Translations under genes and position numbers: made by a program
In this document: positions 37,355 to 48,243 of the stretch, piece by piece
Layout: each line of letters begins with the position of its first letter
How positions within the stretch are numbered: position 1 is the stretch's first letter
NCBI GenBank assembly: GCA_016844745.1
Contig: JAERMQ010000013.1
Span: forward strand, 72,530 to 136,529
DNA length: 64,000 bases
Reading direction: 5' to 3'
From: Ignavibacteria bacterium
GTDB lineage: Bacteria; Bacteroidota; Ignavibacteria; Kapaibacteriales; UBA2268
Notes under the pieces: generated by a model
Database searches by the model: none
The model's input: only the letters and a program-made list of their open reading frames with translations
Told to the model about the DNA's origin: nothing

Positions 37355-39223
37355 CTATTTCCCACCCTTCTCCAAAAAGCTTTTGAATTTTTCGATATCG
37401 GCATTGTAAACCTCCGTTGCAATGGTTTTATCATTATTTGAAATGATGGCATATAAAGGTAGCTCTGTTGTTCCGAAGCGGTCTAACTGAAATGAGCGAT
37501 TGCCTAAGTATGGTTGTTCCTTGACATCGGTAATCAATTTCACTTTAACCATTTTATTCATCATCGCTTTGATTTCAGGCTTAACAAAAACCGTTCGCTC
37601 CATTTTCTTGCAATTAGTACAATGTACACCTGTAAAATCAACAAAAATCGATTTTCCCTCGGCTTTTGCCTTTTTAAGAGCTTCCATATAATCCGTTAAC
37701 CAGACATCATCAGGACTTTGAGCTGAAGCTGCTGCCAATGCTTCGGATTGTGGAATAAATGTTTCTAATTCTCCAAGATTTCTTCCGAATAAACCCGATA
37801 GGAAGAAGAATGTCATAGCCGCGAAAATTATCGCAAAGAATAAGCGCATTATTCCAATCCGGTCGATCGGGGAGTCGTGCATTAATTTGAATATGCCTAA
37901 TACATATAGTACCATGAGAAATCCAATACCAGACCATATCGACAGGAATAATTCACGGGAAATACCACTTCCCCATGTGATTAATGCATCATTGAAGAAT
38001 TTGAGCGAAACTGCAACGATTATAAATCCCATGACTCCTTTTATATTATTCATCCAGCCGCCGGCTCTGGGCATTTTATTTAATGCTGCGGGGAAGAGCG
38101 CAAGGAGGAAAAAAGGGAAAGCTAAAACCGATGAAAAAGCTAACATACTAATGGTCGGAGCGAACCAATCACCACTTGCAGCAGCACCTAATGCAGCAGC
38201 TACATGAGGTCCGACACAGGAAAAAGATGCCATCGAAAATGTCAATGCCATAAGAATAACGCTGAATATCCCCTGTCCTTCCTGGGACTTCGCATTTAAT
38301 TTATTCATTATTCCGGTTGGAAGCTGAATTTCAAACATCCCGAATAGGTTCAAACCGAAAAAGATGCAGATTGCTCCAATGAAAAAGTAAACATAAGGAT
38401 TGGTTGCAAAGTCCTGTACACCTGTCTTACCGAAGAGTAAAGAAAATACAACACCTATAAAGGTAAAAGTAACGATAATACCGATGGCATAAACCAAAGC
38501 ATCACGCAAACCTTTACCTTTGGATTTCTCTGCACGATTAGTGAAAAATGAAATTGTAATCGGTACCATTGGATACACGCAAGGCATGAGTAAAGCCAAA
38601 GCGCCCATAGTTAGCGATATCCATATATAATCGAATATACTTTCTTTTTCTTCGATGGGTTTTTCTTCCTTTTTCATGGATTCTACTTGCTGAGGTGTTG
38701 CCTCCGAGATTGATGCAGTTTCAGATGGTTGATAAACTTCGGCTGAAATAGCGGTTTTGAAATCTTCAGGCGGCAGGCAGGTAGTGCCTGTACACAATTG
38801 AAGATATGTAACGACAAATACACAATCCCTAACAAAATTTATATTTTTTAAAGCTTTGGAGGGTATCTCAAAAACCTGGTTTCCCTCATAGAATTTAACA
38901 TCCATTTCGAAACCTTCATCGCGTTCTTTTTTAGGCTTTGGGGCTCTTATATTGCCGTTTAAGGAAACCATTTCCTTAGGCTCCAAAGAAATTTCGGTTT
39001 GTAATGGACCTATTCCTTCTTTATTCAATTGCTCATCGAGTGAGTATGTATGATAATCCTTGTCAAGCATCATTGAAAGTTTAATTGAAAACGCTTCACC
39101 TTCTTTCACCTCTGATTTCGAAGGCTGAGCCTTGAATTTGACAAATTTTTGCTGACCAAAAGAATTACCGCTAAATATAAAAAACAATGCTGATATAATG
39201 CTCAAAACAAATAGCTTTCTCAT
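37355..39223 (-). CDS. dsbD: Thiol:disulfide interchange protein DsbD (N-terminal periplasmic domain + cytochrome-c-biogenesis transmembrane core + C-terminal thioredoxin domain)
   Basis: Multi-pass TM core, C-terminal thioredoxin CxxC (VHCTNCKKME), N-terminal signal peptide. 622 aa. Confidence 0.75.
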   Translation of the reverse strand: MRKLFVLSIISALFFIFSGNSFGQQKFVKFKAQPSKSEVKEGEAFSIKLSMMLDKDYHTYSLDEQLNKEGIGPLQTEISLEPKEMVSLNGNIRAPKPKKERDEGFEMDVKFYEGNQVFEIPSKALKNINFVRDCVFVVTYLQLCTGTTCLPPEDFKTAISAEVYQPSETASISEATPQQVESMKKEEKPIEEKESIFDYIWISLTMGALALLMPCVYPMVPITISFFTNRAEKSKGKGLRDALVYAIGIIVTFTFIGVVFSLLFGKTGVQDFATNPYVYFFIGAICIFFGLNLFGMFEIQLPTGIMNKLNAKSQEGQGIFSVILMALTFSMASFSCVGPHVAAALGAAASGDWFAPTISMLAFSSVLAFPFFLLALFPAALNKMPRAGGWMNNIKGVMGFIIVAVSLKFFNDALITWGSGISRELFLSIWSGIGFLMVLYVLGIFKLMHDSPIDRIGIMRLFFAIIFAAMTFFFLSGLFGRNLGELETFIPQSEALAAASAQSPDDVWLTDYMEALKKAKAEGKSIFVDFTGVHCTNCKKMERTVFVKPEIKAMMNKMVKVKLITDVKEQPYLGNRSFQLDRFGTTELPLYAIISNNDKTIATEVYNADIEKFKSFLEKGGK

Positions 39224-39298
39224 AAATATCCTTTATTATTTTTATAATTTATAATTATTTTCAAAATACTATTTCTGTAAAAAGTTTGATTAATCTGG

Positions 39299-39372
39299 AA
39301 TGTCATTCTGAACAAAGTGAAGAATCCAGAAGCAGTATTGGGACTGGATTCTTCACTTCGTTACCAATGACA
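39299..39372. repeat. Hairpin element, family A (aatgtcattctgaacaaagtgaagaatcc / ggattcttcacttcgttaccaatgacag)
   Basis: Inverted arms around a 17-bp spacer, between dsbD and hprK. Both are minus-strand genes, so a terminator role is possible. Confidence 0.75.
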
Positions 39373-39472
39373 GATTTTTCTTATGATTCACACAGCCTCA
39401 TTCGCAGAAATGACATCTTTAATTTTTAAACCTCATGCAAAATTATTAATTAGTAATTATTAATTAGTAATG

Positions 39473-40495
39473 TTATTCCTTATCGCTTTGCAGCCAGGTA
39501 ATATTTCTCTGACCATGAAATGTAGCTTTAGGACCTGACCGTTTCGATATAGAATCGGTTAATTTATCGGAAAATACCTTAGCTGCATTATATCCGTAAG
39601 TTCTCAAAAGGTAATTTATTGCAATAACCTCAGCTATAACAGTAATGTTTTTTCCAGGTAATATCGGCAAACGAACTGATTGAATTTCAACGCCCATAAT
39701 TGCAGCAGGTTCCTCGTCCAGACCGGTTCGATTGTAGTCTGCTTTATCATCCCATTCCTCTAAACGGACTATTATCTCGAGGCGCTTCTGATAACGAATC
39801 GAACGAATCCCGAACATTTGGCGTATATCAATAATACCTAATCCGCGAATTTCCATGAAATGCTGCACCATACTTGTTCCGGTGCCCATAATAATTGCTT
39901 CGCCTTTTTTAATTAACATTACAATATCATCGGCAACAAGACGGTGACCACGCTCAACCAAGTCGAGCGCTACCTCGCTTTTTCCTATGCCGCTCTTACC
40001 AATGAATAAAATTCCTACTCCATAAACATCAACGAATGAACCGTGAACAACAACCTGGCTTGCGAACTGGTCTTCCAAAAAATCAGACATCAAATACATT
40101 GCCTTTGTAGTGTCGTAGGGTGTTGTGAGTACGGCAACATTGTTTGCTGATGCAAGTTTTATTAATTCAGGTTCCAGTGTTCTGCCGTTTGTCAGAACAA
40201 TGCAGGGAATTGGGAACTGCAGTATCGTCTTGAATGCTTTGATTCTTTGTTTGTTATTCAAAGAACGCAAAAAGAAATGCTCTGTATTTCCAATAATCTG
40301 TACCCGGTCGAAACTGAAAAGTCCTACCCATCCGGCTAAAGCAAGCTGTGGGCGTGATAAATTTTTATTTGTAATTTTATTTTTCATACCAACATCTAGA
40401 AGCGGTTTTAGTTGGCACGGCGATTTCATCAGTTCTTCAACTAAAATTTTATCCGATTGAAGGACCTGGAGATTATCGAATTTGTCAAATTTCAT
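39473..40495 (-). CDS. hprK: HPr kinase/phosphorylase
   Basis: Walker A GKSGIGKSE and signature LVADD...IRG.G.ID. Confidence 0.85.
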   Translation of the reverse strand: MKFDKFDNLQVLQSDKILVEELMKSPCQLKPLLDVGMKNKITNKNLSRPQLALAGWVGLFSFDRVQIIGNTEHFFLRSLNNKQRIKAFKTILQFPIPCIVLTNGRTLEPELIKLASANNVAVLTTPYDTTKAMYLMSDFLEDQFASQVVVHGSFVDVYGVGILFIGKSGIGKSEVALDLVERGHRLVADDIVMLIKKGEAIIMGTGTSMVQHFMEIRGLGIIDIRQMFGIRSIRYQKRLEIIVRLEEWDDKADYNRTGLDEEPAAIMGVEIQSVRLPILPGKNITVIAEVIAINYLLRTYGYNAAKVFSDKLTDSISKRSGPKATFHGQRNITWLQSDKE

Positions 40496-40884
40496 GTTTT
40501 CTTATCATTTGTATAATAAATTATTACAAAAATAAACGAATTAGGATTAATTAAATTTGAAAATTTGTAACTTCTCAGCAATTAAGTATATAAAAAAATG
40601 ATTTAAGAACGAGGATTAACGATTTATGATTTATGATTTCGTACATGGCTTTTGAACACCCTTCTGTGCAGTTACGATGATTTCTACTATCTATACCGCA
40701 AAATTAATTAATCGTTTTTCCAGATTGTGTTTATTCATATAATTACTTTTTATTCCTGTTTGCTTTCTTCTAAAATCTTAAATCGTAAATCCTTGTTTGA
40801 TATTCATTCCTGCTGAGTAGTTACAAAAATGTTAATAATTTGGTTTTGACATAAAAAAAGGGGCTTTTAAAAGCCCCTTTGGAT

Positions 40885-41182
40885 TTATGATGTTAATACT
40901 TTACTGTGTTTCGTTTTTAATTTGTTTAATTGGCGAACCATCTTATCTGTTGCCCCGTTTAAGCTTTTGTGAAAGTCATCGGAACTATGTTTTGAAGCAA
41001 GGGTAGAGCCTTGTACATGGACGGTAAACTCAACGGTTTTTTCCGAGTCATTGATAAACTCCACATTAGATGAAATTATATCATCGTAGTACTTGGAAAA
41101 ACCCGATGATGATTCGATAGCTGCCTCGTGTAAGTCCGGGTGCTGTGATTTGAAATGTCTGAATGTTACATTAGTTTTCATA
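40885..41182 (-). CDS. hpf: Ribosome hibernation-promoting factor / ribosome-associated inhibitor (HPF/RaiA family)
   Basis: MKTNVTFRHFKS...LHEAAIE...VEFTVHVQG pattern of the sigma-54-modulation/YfiA family. Start set to the internal MKTNV. Confidence 0.8.
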
Positions 41183-41278
41183 ACAACCTCTGCATATCTA
41201 ATAAAATTAATAAAATATACCTGGTGAAACACTGATATTCTCAATATTTCTACCACTTCCATTTAATAATTACGGATT

Positions 41279-41336
41279 ATGAATTAGGGTCTTGGTTTTG
41301 GGGTATAGGGTTTAGGGTTTGGGGTATAGGATATAA
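41279..41336. repeat. G-rich telomere-like tandem repeat (TTAGGGT / TTTGGGGT units)
   Basis: attagggtcttggttttggggtatagggtttagggtttggggtatagg contains ≥5 G3-4 tracts (G-quadruplex-capable) on the plus strand, i.e. the non-template side upstream of hpf. Confidence 0.7.
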
Positions 41337-41339
41337 TTT

Positions 41340-41432
41340 AAACCAGTAACCATTAACCATTGACCATTAACCATTACCTTTAACAATTAACCATTAATAA
41401 TTAACCATTAAAAATTAACCATTAACAATTGA
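41340..41432. repeat. Heptamer microsatellite (aaccatt/aacaatt/aaccatt...), ~12 units
   Basis: aaccagtaaccattaaccattgaccattaaccattacctttaacaattaaccattaataattaaccattaaaaattaaccattaacaattg is the reverse complement of the short array at 31911-31962. Confidence 0.8.
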
Positions 41433-41536
41433 GTTTCATAATCCGGATTTTCCGTATTATTTCAAAGAACACTTTTTTATCTTTTAATAATTATCGTTAA
41501 TATATAAAAATAATTTATCTAAGTCAAGAAATTTTT

Positions 41537-42346
41537 TTATTTTGGCTGTTGACTATAATCAATTTGCGAACCCAACACACTATGTGGAATAAGGAAAATT
41601 GCTATTTGTACCACTGCTGCAGCAATAATCCAACCTTTTGCTGGAGGATTTTTCCTCATTCGCCAAAGTGCTATAAACCACATTGCAAGTGAAATAAATG
41701 TTTTATTATCCGTTAAATCGTGACCAAAGGGCCAACCCGTCCAATAAGCTCCGAAGGCATATTTCTGCATAATGGGACCAAAGACCATACCACCCAGAAT
41801 AAGGAAACCTAAAGTCCAAAGCAACAATTTAAATGAATTATTTCGATTAAGCATGGCTTCAATACCGGTTCTGGTTGAAAGTACCATTGAAAAGAAAATA
41901 AAGAATACGTGTAATACGAGAATACCTGTGGGAACGGCTCCTTTATAACGAAGAATTGCCGGGGTTTCATTTATTATAACTTCTTTTCCTGTTTCAGGTT
42001 TCAATATCACATGATACATAATTTTACCGGCAGCATCAAGCTGAGGAAGGGAAAAGGTGAGTGAATCGACCTTGCGAACCATATCAACAGTTTGAAAGGG
42101 GTCTTGACTCGGATGCCTTTTGAATTTCACAAATCCATTTACACTTTTATCAGGTACGAAAATCGAGACCGGAGCCGGTGAACCGGTGTTATAGGTTCTT
42201 AAAAGAATAAAATCTATATTTTGAGAATTTATCGTTACTGAACCGGAAATCGGATAGGTTGGTCCGGTCATGCGTTGATAAATTCCGAAAGCAGCCATAA
42301 GTATTATACATATAGTCCAAATGCCTATTGTTTTAAATTTATTCAT
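41537..42346 (-). CDS. Hypothetical integral membrane protein (N-terminal TM, periplasmic-like domain, 4-5 C-terminal TM helices)
   Basis: Hydrophobicity pattern only. No recognisable catalytic motifs. Confidence 0.35.
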   Translation of the reverse strand: MNKFKTIGIWTICIILMAAFGIYQRMTGPTYPISGSVTINSQNIDFILLRTYNTGSPAPVSIFVPDKSVNGFVKFKRHPSQDPFQTVDMVRKVDSLTFSLPQLDAAGKIMYHVILKPETGKEVIINETPAILRYKGAVPTGILVLHVFFIFFSMVLSTRTGIEAMLNRNNSFKLLLWTLGFLILGGMVFGPIMQKYAFGAYWTGWPFGHDLTDNKTFISLAMWFIALWRMRKNPPAKGWIIAAAVVQIAIFLIPHSVLGSQIDYSQQPK

Positions 42347-42441
42347 TCATTTCCTTTATATATGGTTAGAAATTCAATATTAATAATATTTCAACTTTGA
42401 GATTCTAAATTAAAAATTGAAATTGTCTCAATAGTCAAGAA

Positions 42442-42521
42442 GAATGTCATTCGTAAGCGAAGTGAAGAATCCAGAAATAGCATTGGGAATGGATTCTTCA
42501 CTTCGCTTACGAATGACATTC
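42442..42521. repeat. Hairpin element, family A (gaatgtcattcgtaagcgaagtgaagaatcc / ggattcttcacttcgcttacgaatgacattc)
   Basis: 31-bp perfect inverted arms separated by an 18-bp loop. Lies 3' of the membrane-protein gene / 5' region of metH. Confidence 0.85.
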
Positions 42522-42596
42522 TTCCATTTTTTAGATTAATAAAACAAAATAATTTTTTTTTATAATAATTCATAACTTATAATTCATAACTCATAA

Positions 42597-45500
42597 TTAC
42601 TTATAACTAATAAGGTGATTTAAAAACTTTTCAGCCACTTCCAAACTAATCCCTTTACGCCTGCGGTAATCGTTGGTTTGTGCAAAATCAATTTTGCCGA
42701 CAGGAAAATACTTCGATTCCGGATTAGCGAAATAAAATCCGCTGACTGATGCAGCAGGTTGCATCATAAAGTTTTCTGTCAATTCTATTCCAACATTCTT
42801 CCGGATATTAAGCAAATCAAATATAACAGCATTTACAGATTGGTCGGGAAGTGATGGATAACCCGCTGCCGGTCTTATACCGGAATATTTCCCTGACAGT
42901 AAATCATCTATAGATTGCTCTTTTTCAATGGAATATCCCCAGATTTCATTCCGAACTTTTTTATGCAGTAATTCGGCAAAAGCTTCAGCCAGGCGGTCAG
43001 CTAATGCTTGTGATATTATACTTCTATAATCGTCGCCTTCAGCTCTATATTTTTCGGATAGAGCAGCAGAGCCAATTCCTGCTGTCAATGCAAATGCACC
43101 GATATAGTCATCTATTTCAATTCCGGCAGTAGCTATGAAATCCGCTAAAGAAAGATACGGACTATTTTCCGATGTTTTTAATTCTTGTTGTCGGAGTGTA
43201 TGCAGAACTTTCGAAATTCCATGTCGAGTATCATCTGAATATATTTCAATATCATCGTCGGATACAGTATTTGCTGGGAATATACCAACTGCTGCATTGG
43301 CTTTCAGAAGCTTTCCGGAGATAATTTCATCCAGAAGCAAGTTAGCTTCAAAGAATAATTTCCTTGCTTCTTCTCCTTTTTCAGGATGTTCGAATACAGC
43401 CGGATACCGGCCTTTAATATCCCAAAGAAGAAAAAATTGAGTCCAGTTGATATATTTCCTGATTTCCTCTAACGGATAATCATGAAAAAGGGTAATTCCT
43501 GTTTTTATTGGTTTTTTTATATCTGAGTTTGACCAATCAATTCTCTTTTTCTTTTTCCTGGCATCCAGTAGGCTTACCAGCTTTTTCTTTGCCGTATTGT
43601 TCAGGTAATTTTCCCTCAACTCGGTGTATTCTTTACGTTTTGAATCAACGAATGTCTGCTTGCCTGTTTCTGATAATAAACTACTGACGACAGGTACACT
43701 CTTTCCTGCATCAGTTACATGTACAACAGGCTGTGAATATGCCGGAGCTATTTTAACCGCCGTATGCATTCTCGATGTAGTTGCTCCGCCAATTAAAAGT
43801 GGTAGTTTGACGTTGTTTTTCTCAAGCATTGCTGCTACATTAATCATCTCTTCGAGCGATGGAGTAATAAGCCCTGATAAACCAATAACATCAACCTGGT
43901 TTGCCTGTGCTTGCTGAATGATTTTTTCGGCAGGAACCATTACGCCGAGGTCAATTACTTCATAATTATTGCATGCAAGCACAACTCCAACAATATTTTT
44001 ACCAATATCATGTACGTCGCCTTTGACGGTTGCTAACAGCACTTTGCCTGCTTTTTGTTTTCCGGATACAGTAAGTTCCTCTGTTAAGAATGGAGTTAAA
44101 TAAGCAACCGATTTCTTCATTACACGAGCACTTTTGACAACCTGTGGCAAAAACATCTTTCCTGAACCGAATAATTCGCCAACCTGCTCCATTCCTTTCA
44201 TCAAGGTACCTTCAATAACGGCTAATGAGTTGCTCGATTCTTTGCGGAGTTCTTCGGTATCAGCTTCAATATAAGTATCATTACCTTTAATCATGGAATA
44301 AATCAACCGTTCGGTAGGGGGGAGGCTTCGCCATTCTTCCTGTTTTACCGCATCCTGAACCGTAGCAGTAAGTCCGGTCGAATATTCTGTTAATCGCTCT
44401 GTTGCATCATTCCGACGATTGAAAATTACATCTTCGATTAAATCGCGTAACTCTTTAGGAACTGCTTCATAAACATCCAATTGAGCAGGATTAACTATTC
44501 CCATATCCAAACCGGCTTGTACGGCATGATATAGAAATACAGAATGAAATGCTTCACGAACGGGATTATTGCCTCTGAATGAAAATGAAATATTGCTTAT
44601 GCCGCCGCTGGTCGATACTCCCGGCAAATTTGTTTTGACCCACCTGACTGCTTCCAAATAATTTACAGCATATTCTGAGTGTTCTTCTATACCTGTAGCT
44701 ACGGTTAAAATATTGGGGTCGAAAATTATGTCCTGTGGCGGAAATCCGATTTCATCGACTAAAATATTATATGAACGTTGAATTATATCAATTTTATTCT
44801 TAGTAGTTACTGCCTGACCTGTTTCATCGAATGCCATAACGACAACGGCAGCGCCTAATTTGCGAATGATTTTCGCTTTTTCTTTGAATTTCTCTTCGCC
44901 TTCTTTCAGGGAAATTGAGTTAACGATACCCTTTCCTTGAATACACTTTAAGCCTGCTTCCAGAATATCCCAATTGGAGGAATCAATCATAACGGGCACG
45001 CGGCTTATATCGGGTTCGGCAGCAATTAAATTGAGGAATTTCTTCATAGATTCGATGCCGTCTAACATAGCTTCGTCCATACTTACATCTATTATCTGAG
45101 CGCCGCCTTCTACCTGCTGACGAGCAACACTTAAGGCTTCATCGAATTTTCCGTCAATAATTAATTTTTTGAATTTGATGGAACCCGCTACATTTGTACG
45201 TTCACCGATATTTACAAAATTAATTTCCTGACGGAAGACAAGGGGCTCCAATCCGCTTAATCTCAAATATTTCGGAACATCGGGAATAATGCGAGGTTTG
45301 TATCGTGCCGCTGTTTCGCTGATGAGTTGAATATGTTCGGGAGTTGTGCCACAGCAGCCGCCTAAAATATTTACTAATCCATCGCCGGCATATTCTTCGA
45401 TGATTTTTGCCATTATGTCGGGTGTTTCGTCGTATCCACCAAAGGAATTAGGCAATCCGGCATTGGGATAGAGACTTGTAAAGTGAGGTGTAATTTTTGA

Positions 45501-46277
45501 TAACTCCTCGATATATGGTTTCATTTGTTCGGTGCCAAGCGCACAATTCAATCCGACGCTTAATAAATACGGTGTATGGGCAATAGAAATAAGGAATGCT
45601 TCCAAAGTCTGACCTGATAATGTCCTGCCACTCTGGTCGGTTATAGTACCGGAAATCATTATCGGCAATGAATTTCCGCTTTGCTCAAAGTATTGGGAAG
45701 CAGCGTTAATAGCAGCTTTGCAATTAAGTGTATCGAAGATAGTTTCTATAAGTAGAATATCAGCACCGCCTTCAGCCAAACCTCGGATTTGTTCATAATA
45801 TGCAGTCACGAAATCATCAAAATAAAAGCGTCGAAAGCCCGGACGCTCTACATCGGGCGACATCGAAGCAGATTGATTTGTCGGACCGATAGCGCCGGCT
45901 ACGAATCTGGGTTTGTCGTTAAATTCATTTGCAACCTGCCGGGCTATTTTAGCAGATTCGTAGTTAATTTGAAAAACTAAGCTTTCAAACTTATAATCCA
46001 ACTGTGAGAGTCCATTGGCATTGAATGTATTTGTTTCGATAATATCAGCGCCGGCTTGCAGGTATTTGCGATGAATTTCCTTTATAGCTTCGGGTTGTGT
46101 CAGTGATAAAATATCGTTATTGCCTTTGATGTCGTAATCGAGATTACGGAATTGTTCACCGCGGAAGTCCTGTTCTGTCAAGCCGAGCCTTTGAATCATC
46201 GTGCCCATAGCGCCGTCGAGGACTAATATTCTTTCTTGAAGTATTTTATATAAAGTGTTGAATTTATTATTAAGCAT
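42597..46277 (-). CDS. metH: Cobalamin-dependent methionine synthase
   Basis: 1226 aa with the Hcy-binding (S-methyltransferase) domain, pterin-binding domain, B12-binding [10 protein letters not shown] motif, and C-terminal AdoMet-activation domain. Confidence 0.9.
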   Translation of the reverse strand: MLNNKFNTLYKILQERILVLDGAMGTMIQRLGLTEQDFRGEQFRNLDYDIKGNNDILSLTQPEAIKEIHRKYLQAGADIIETNTFNANGLSQLDYKFESLVFQINYESAKIARQVANEFNDKPRFVAGAIGPTNQSASMSPDVERPGFRRFYFDDFVTAYYEQIRGLAEGGADILLIETIFDTLNCKAAINAASQYFEQSGNSLPIMISGTITDQSGRTLSGQTLEAFLISIAHTPYLLSVGLNCALGTEQMKPYIEELSKITPHFTSLYPNAGLPNSFGGYDETPDIMAKIIEEYAGDGLVNILGGCCGTTPEHIQLISETAARYKPRIIPDVPKYLRLSGLEPLVFRQEINFVNIGERTNVAGSIKFKKLIIDGKFDEALSVARQQVEGGAQIIDVSMDEAMLDGIESMKKFLNLIAAEPDISRVPVMIDSSNWDILEAGLKCIQGKGIVNSISLKEGEEKFKEKAKIIRKLGAAVVVMAFDETGQAVTTKNKIDIIQRSYNILVDEIGFPPQDIIFDPNILTVATGIEEHSEYAVNYLEAVRWVKTNLPGVSTSGGISNISFSFRGNNPVREAFHSVFLYHAVQAGLDMGIVNPAQLDVYEAVPKELRDLIEDVIFNRRNDATERLTEYSTGLTATVQDAVKQEEWRSLPPTERLIYSMIKGNDTYIEADTEELRKESSNSLAVIEGTLMKGMEQVGELFGSGKMFLPQVVKSARVMKKSVAYLTPFLTEELTVSGKQKAGKVLLATVKGDVHDIGKNIVGVVLACNNYEVIDLGVMVPAEKIIQQAQANQVDVIGLSGLITPSLEEMINVAAMLEKNNVKLPLLIGGATTSRMHTAVKIAPAYSQPVVHVTDAGKSVPVVSSLLSETGKQTFVDSKRKEYTELRENYLNNTAKKKLVSLLDARKKKKRIDWSNSDIKKPIKTGITLFHDYPLEEIRKYINWTQFFLLWDIKGRYPAVFEHPEKGEEARKLFFEANLLLDEIISGKLLKANAAVGIFPANTVSDDDIEIYSDDTRHGISKVLHTLRQQELKTSENSPYLSLADFIATAGIEIDDYIGAFALTAGIGSAALSEKYRAEGDDYRSIISQALADRLAEAFAELLHKKVRNEIWGYSIEKEQSIDDLLSGKYSGIRPAAGYPSLPDQSVNAVIFDLLNIRKNVGIELTENFMMQPAASVSGFYFANPESKYFPVGKIDFAQTNDYRRRKGISLEVAEKFLNHLISYK

Positions 46278-46467
46278 TTATTTCAAAATCAATCTTTATT
46301 TTTTTAAGTTCACAAAATCCGAACCACTCACGGTTTCAATAACGAAATAATTGTCAAAGAATTTTATTCAAATATGTTTTGAGAAAATATCTGATATAAA
46401 GGTTAAGAAGTAATTTATAAAAAGACATATATTTGGTATTTGTAAATTGAAGTGAAGAATCAGGTTA

Positions 46468-46776
46468 TCATGCGATTATCATGGATAAATCAACGTTATC
46501 AAAGAGCCTTGCAGAATGAAATACTGTCAGGATTCTAACATTATCGTCAATTAAATGATAGATAATTCTGTAATTACCATATATTAATTCCCTGATATCT
46601 TCCTTCTTAAGTTCAGGGATAATTCTTCCCGAAAAAGGAAAAATTTCTAACTTTTCGGTTACTTCAATAATGTTATCTATGGTAATATCAGCATATTTGG
46701 GAGAGTCTCTAAAAATGTATTCATATATTAATTTTAAGTCATCTCTTGCCTGCTCAGACCAGATTATCTTTTCCAT
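46468..46776 (-). CDS. RelE/ParE-family type II toxin
   Basis: 102 aa. IIWSEQARDDLKLIYEYI ... RILTVFHSAR pattern of ParE/RelE toxins. Overlaps the upstream small antitoxin gene by 13 bp. Confidence 0.65.
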   Translation of the reverse strand: MEKIIWSEQARDDLKLIYEYIFRDSPKYADITIDNIIEVTEKLEIFPFSGRIIPELKKEDIRELIYGNYRIIYHLIDDNVRILTVFHSARLFDNVDLSMIIA

Positions 46777-46955
46777 TCCAAAACCTGATTTTTTAATTCT
46801 GAATGCGAAATTGATTGACCAGCATTGACTTGTTGCAATCCTTTTTCAATTTTATAAATTAAAAACATTCTTTCCATAATATCATCAAATGTCGTTTCAG
46901 AATTGATATTTTCAGTTACTTCGATGAGTTTATCTTTTATTGATAATAATTCCAT
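46764..46955 (-). CDS. Putative antitoxin partner of the ParE/RelE-like toxin (small addiction-module component)
   Basis: ~63-aa acidic helical protein immediately upstream of and overlapping the toxin gene. Start taken at MELLSIKDK. Confidence 0.45.
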   Translation of the reverse strand: MELLSIKDKLIEVTENINSETTFDDIMERMFLIYKIEKGLQQVNAGQSISHSELKNQVLEWKR

Positions 46956-47048
46956 TTTAAAAAGCCTCCAAAAGTTAATAGAACTCAAATAACAGGTTTA
47001 ATATTATTTTTTACATAAAGATTCGATAAAGAATTTTATTAGACCTCT

Positions 47049-47489
47049 TTAATACATATCTACAACCCATTTACCATCATTGATTGGATTACCGATAATT
47101 CCCTGACTTTTAGGGTCAACCACCCAGTCCATTGTTTTGAGTACCAAATATCCGATTAAAGCCGGAACATTGTCATCTTTATTTTCCATTACTTGCATTT
47201 GAATAGTCCGCTCTTTTATTGTTATTTTTGCACCATCGAATATCCTAAGTTCAAGGCTGCCATTCCCAGTCTTTACAGGTGTTGATTTCGCAAAACGAAG
47301 ACCAAGTTCCTTAATAACTTTCGGAGGCAGGCAAAGATAGGCAGCACCGGTATCAACCAAAGCATCAATTTCTAAGCTCCGGATTTGATTAGGTTTGATG
47401 TAACCTTTATCAGATAACACAATATCATCATAGTTAGTTATCACTACTTTTTCTGACGTTCTACCCCTTTTATTTTCCCTTAGTTTCAT
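47049..47489 (-). CDS. Stand-alone retropepsin-like (clan AA) aspartic protease
   Basis: DTGAAY active-site motif (ALVDTGAAYLCLP) and C-terminal LIGYLVLKTMDWVVD flap/dimer region. 146 aa. Compare the AF_0612 / Asp_protease_2 families. Confidence 0.6.
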   Translation of the reverse strand: MKLRENKRGRTSEKVVITNYDDIVLSDKGYIKPNQIRSLEIDALVDTGAAYLCLPPKVIKELGLRFAKSTPVKTGNGSLELRIFDGAKITIKERTIQMQVMENKDDNVPALIGYLVLKTMDWVVDPKSQGIIGNPINDGKWVVDMY

Positions 47490-47538
47490 TTATTAGAACT
47501 ATTTAATTATAAAAATTCTATACGATGAAAATTATTAA

Positions 47539-48129
47539 TTATTGCATATTGTCCCTTTTTTTAAATATTATTTCTTCGTCTGCTTGTTTGAATTCGATAT
47601 CGAATAGGTCGAATACTGTTTCGCGTCCAATAATCAAATCGTTAATATCTTCATCCTGAAGCCATGCTACACGAATTTTAAAACGGTAGCTGTCAATTTC
47701 AATTTCCGTCTCTCTAATTAGGTATTCGACTGAACCGCCAATCCCTATAACGATAGAAACTGATTCATGTTTGCCTTTAGTAAATCCAAGTTTTTCACCA
47801 AATTTTTTGCCGACTGCTGTAATATCGGCTCCACTATCAATCAATACATTTTCAGAAATATTACTGCCATCGTCAAGAAAAAACATTATCGGATATTCAG
47901 GATACCACTCATGCAATTTCATACTTTTAAGTCTCAAAGGTAAAATTCGGTACAAATCAGGTCTTTTAGGAACAGCAAAACATGAAAATTTTTGAGTGAT
48001 TATTTTTGCCTTTTTTTCTATTTCATCATAATCATCAGCGACTGCAATTATTTTATCATCTGCAATAGCTATGATCCTTCCCCAATATTCCCGGTTGTTG
48101 AACATTTCCTTTTGCCATTCGTTTTTCAT
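47539..48129 (-). CDS. Fusion protein: N-terminal small domain (resembles DUF5678 by eye, unverified) + retropepsin-like aspartic protease. Paralogue of 6544..7122.
   Basis: LIDSGADITAVG active site. ~50% identity to 6544..7122 including the N-terminal EYWGRIIAIADDKIIAVADDYDEI segment and the C-terminal IIGRETVFDLFDIEFKQ. Confidence 0.55.
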   Translation of the reverse strand: MKNEWQKEMFNNREYWGRIIAIADDKIIAVADDYDEIEKKAKIITQKFSCFAVPKRPDLYRILPLRLKSMKLHEWYPEYPIMFFLDDGSNISENVLIDSGADITAVGKKFGEKLGFTKGKHESVSIVIGIGGSVEYLIRETEIEIDSYRFKIRVAWLQDEDINDLIIGRETVFDLFDIEFKQADEEIIFKKRDNMQ

Positions 48130-48243
48130 AAAATACTCCTTGATAAATTTTTTGCAAATATACTAAAAACCGTTATTAAAAAATTCCTGAGAAATATTCT
48201 TATTTTATCAAAAAGAACAACGTATTGAGAGTAATTATATTTA

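Noticed and set aside
37228-37452. 74-aa ORF overlapping the darT/dsbD junction and other short ORFs in 37500-37940
   Set aside because: They overlap the well-supported dsbD and darT reading frames on the same or opposite strand and are hydrophobic low-complexity translations of AT-rich sequence.
41281-41336. Interpreting the TTAGGG-like repeats as a linear-replicon telomere
   Set aside because: The array is short (~55 bp), internal, flanked by ordinary chromosomal genes (hpf, hprK, metH) and not at a contig end. A regulatory/G4 element is more plausible.
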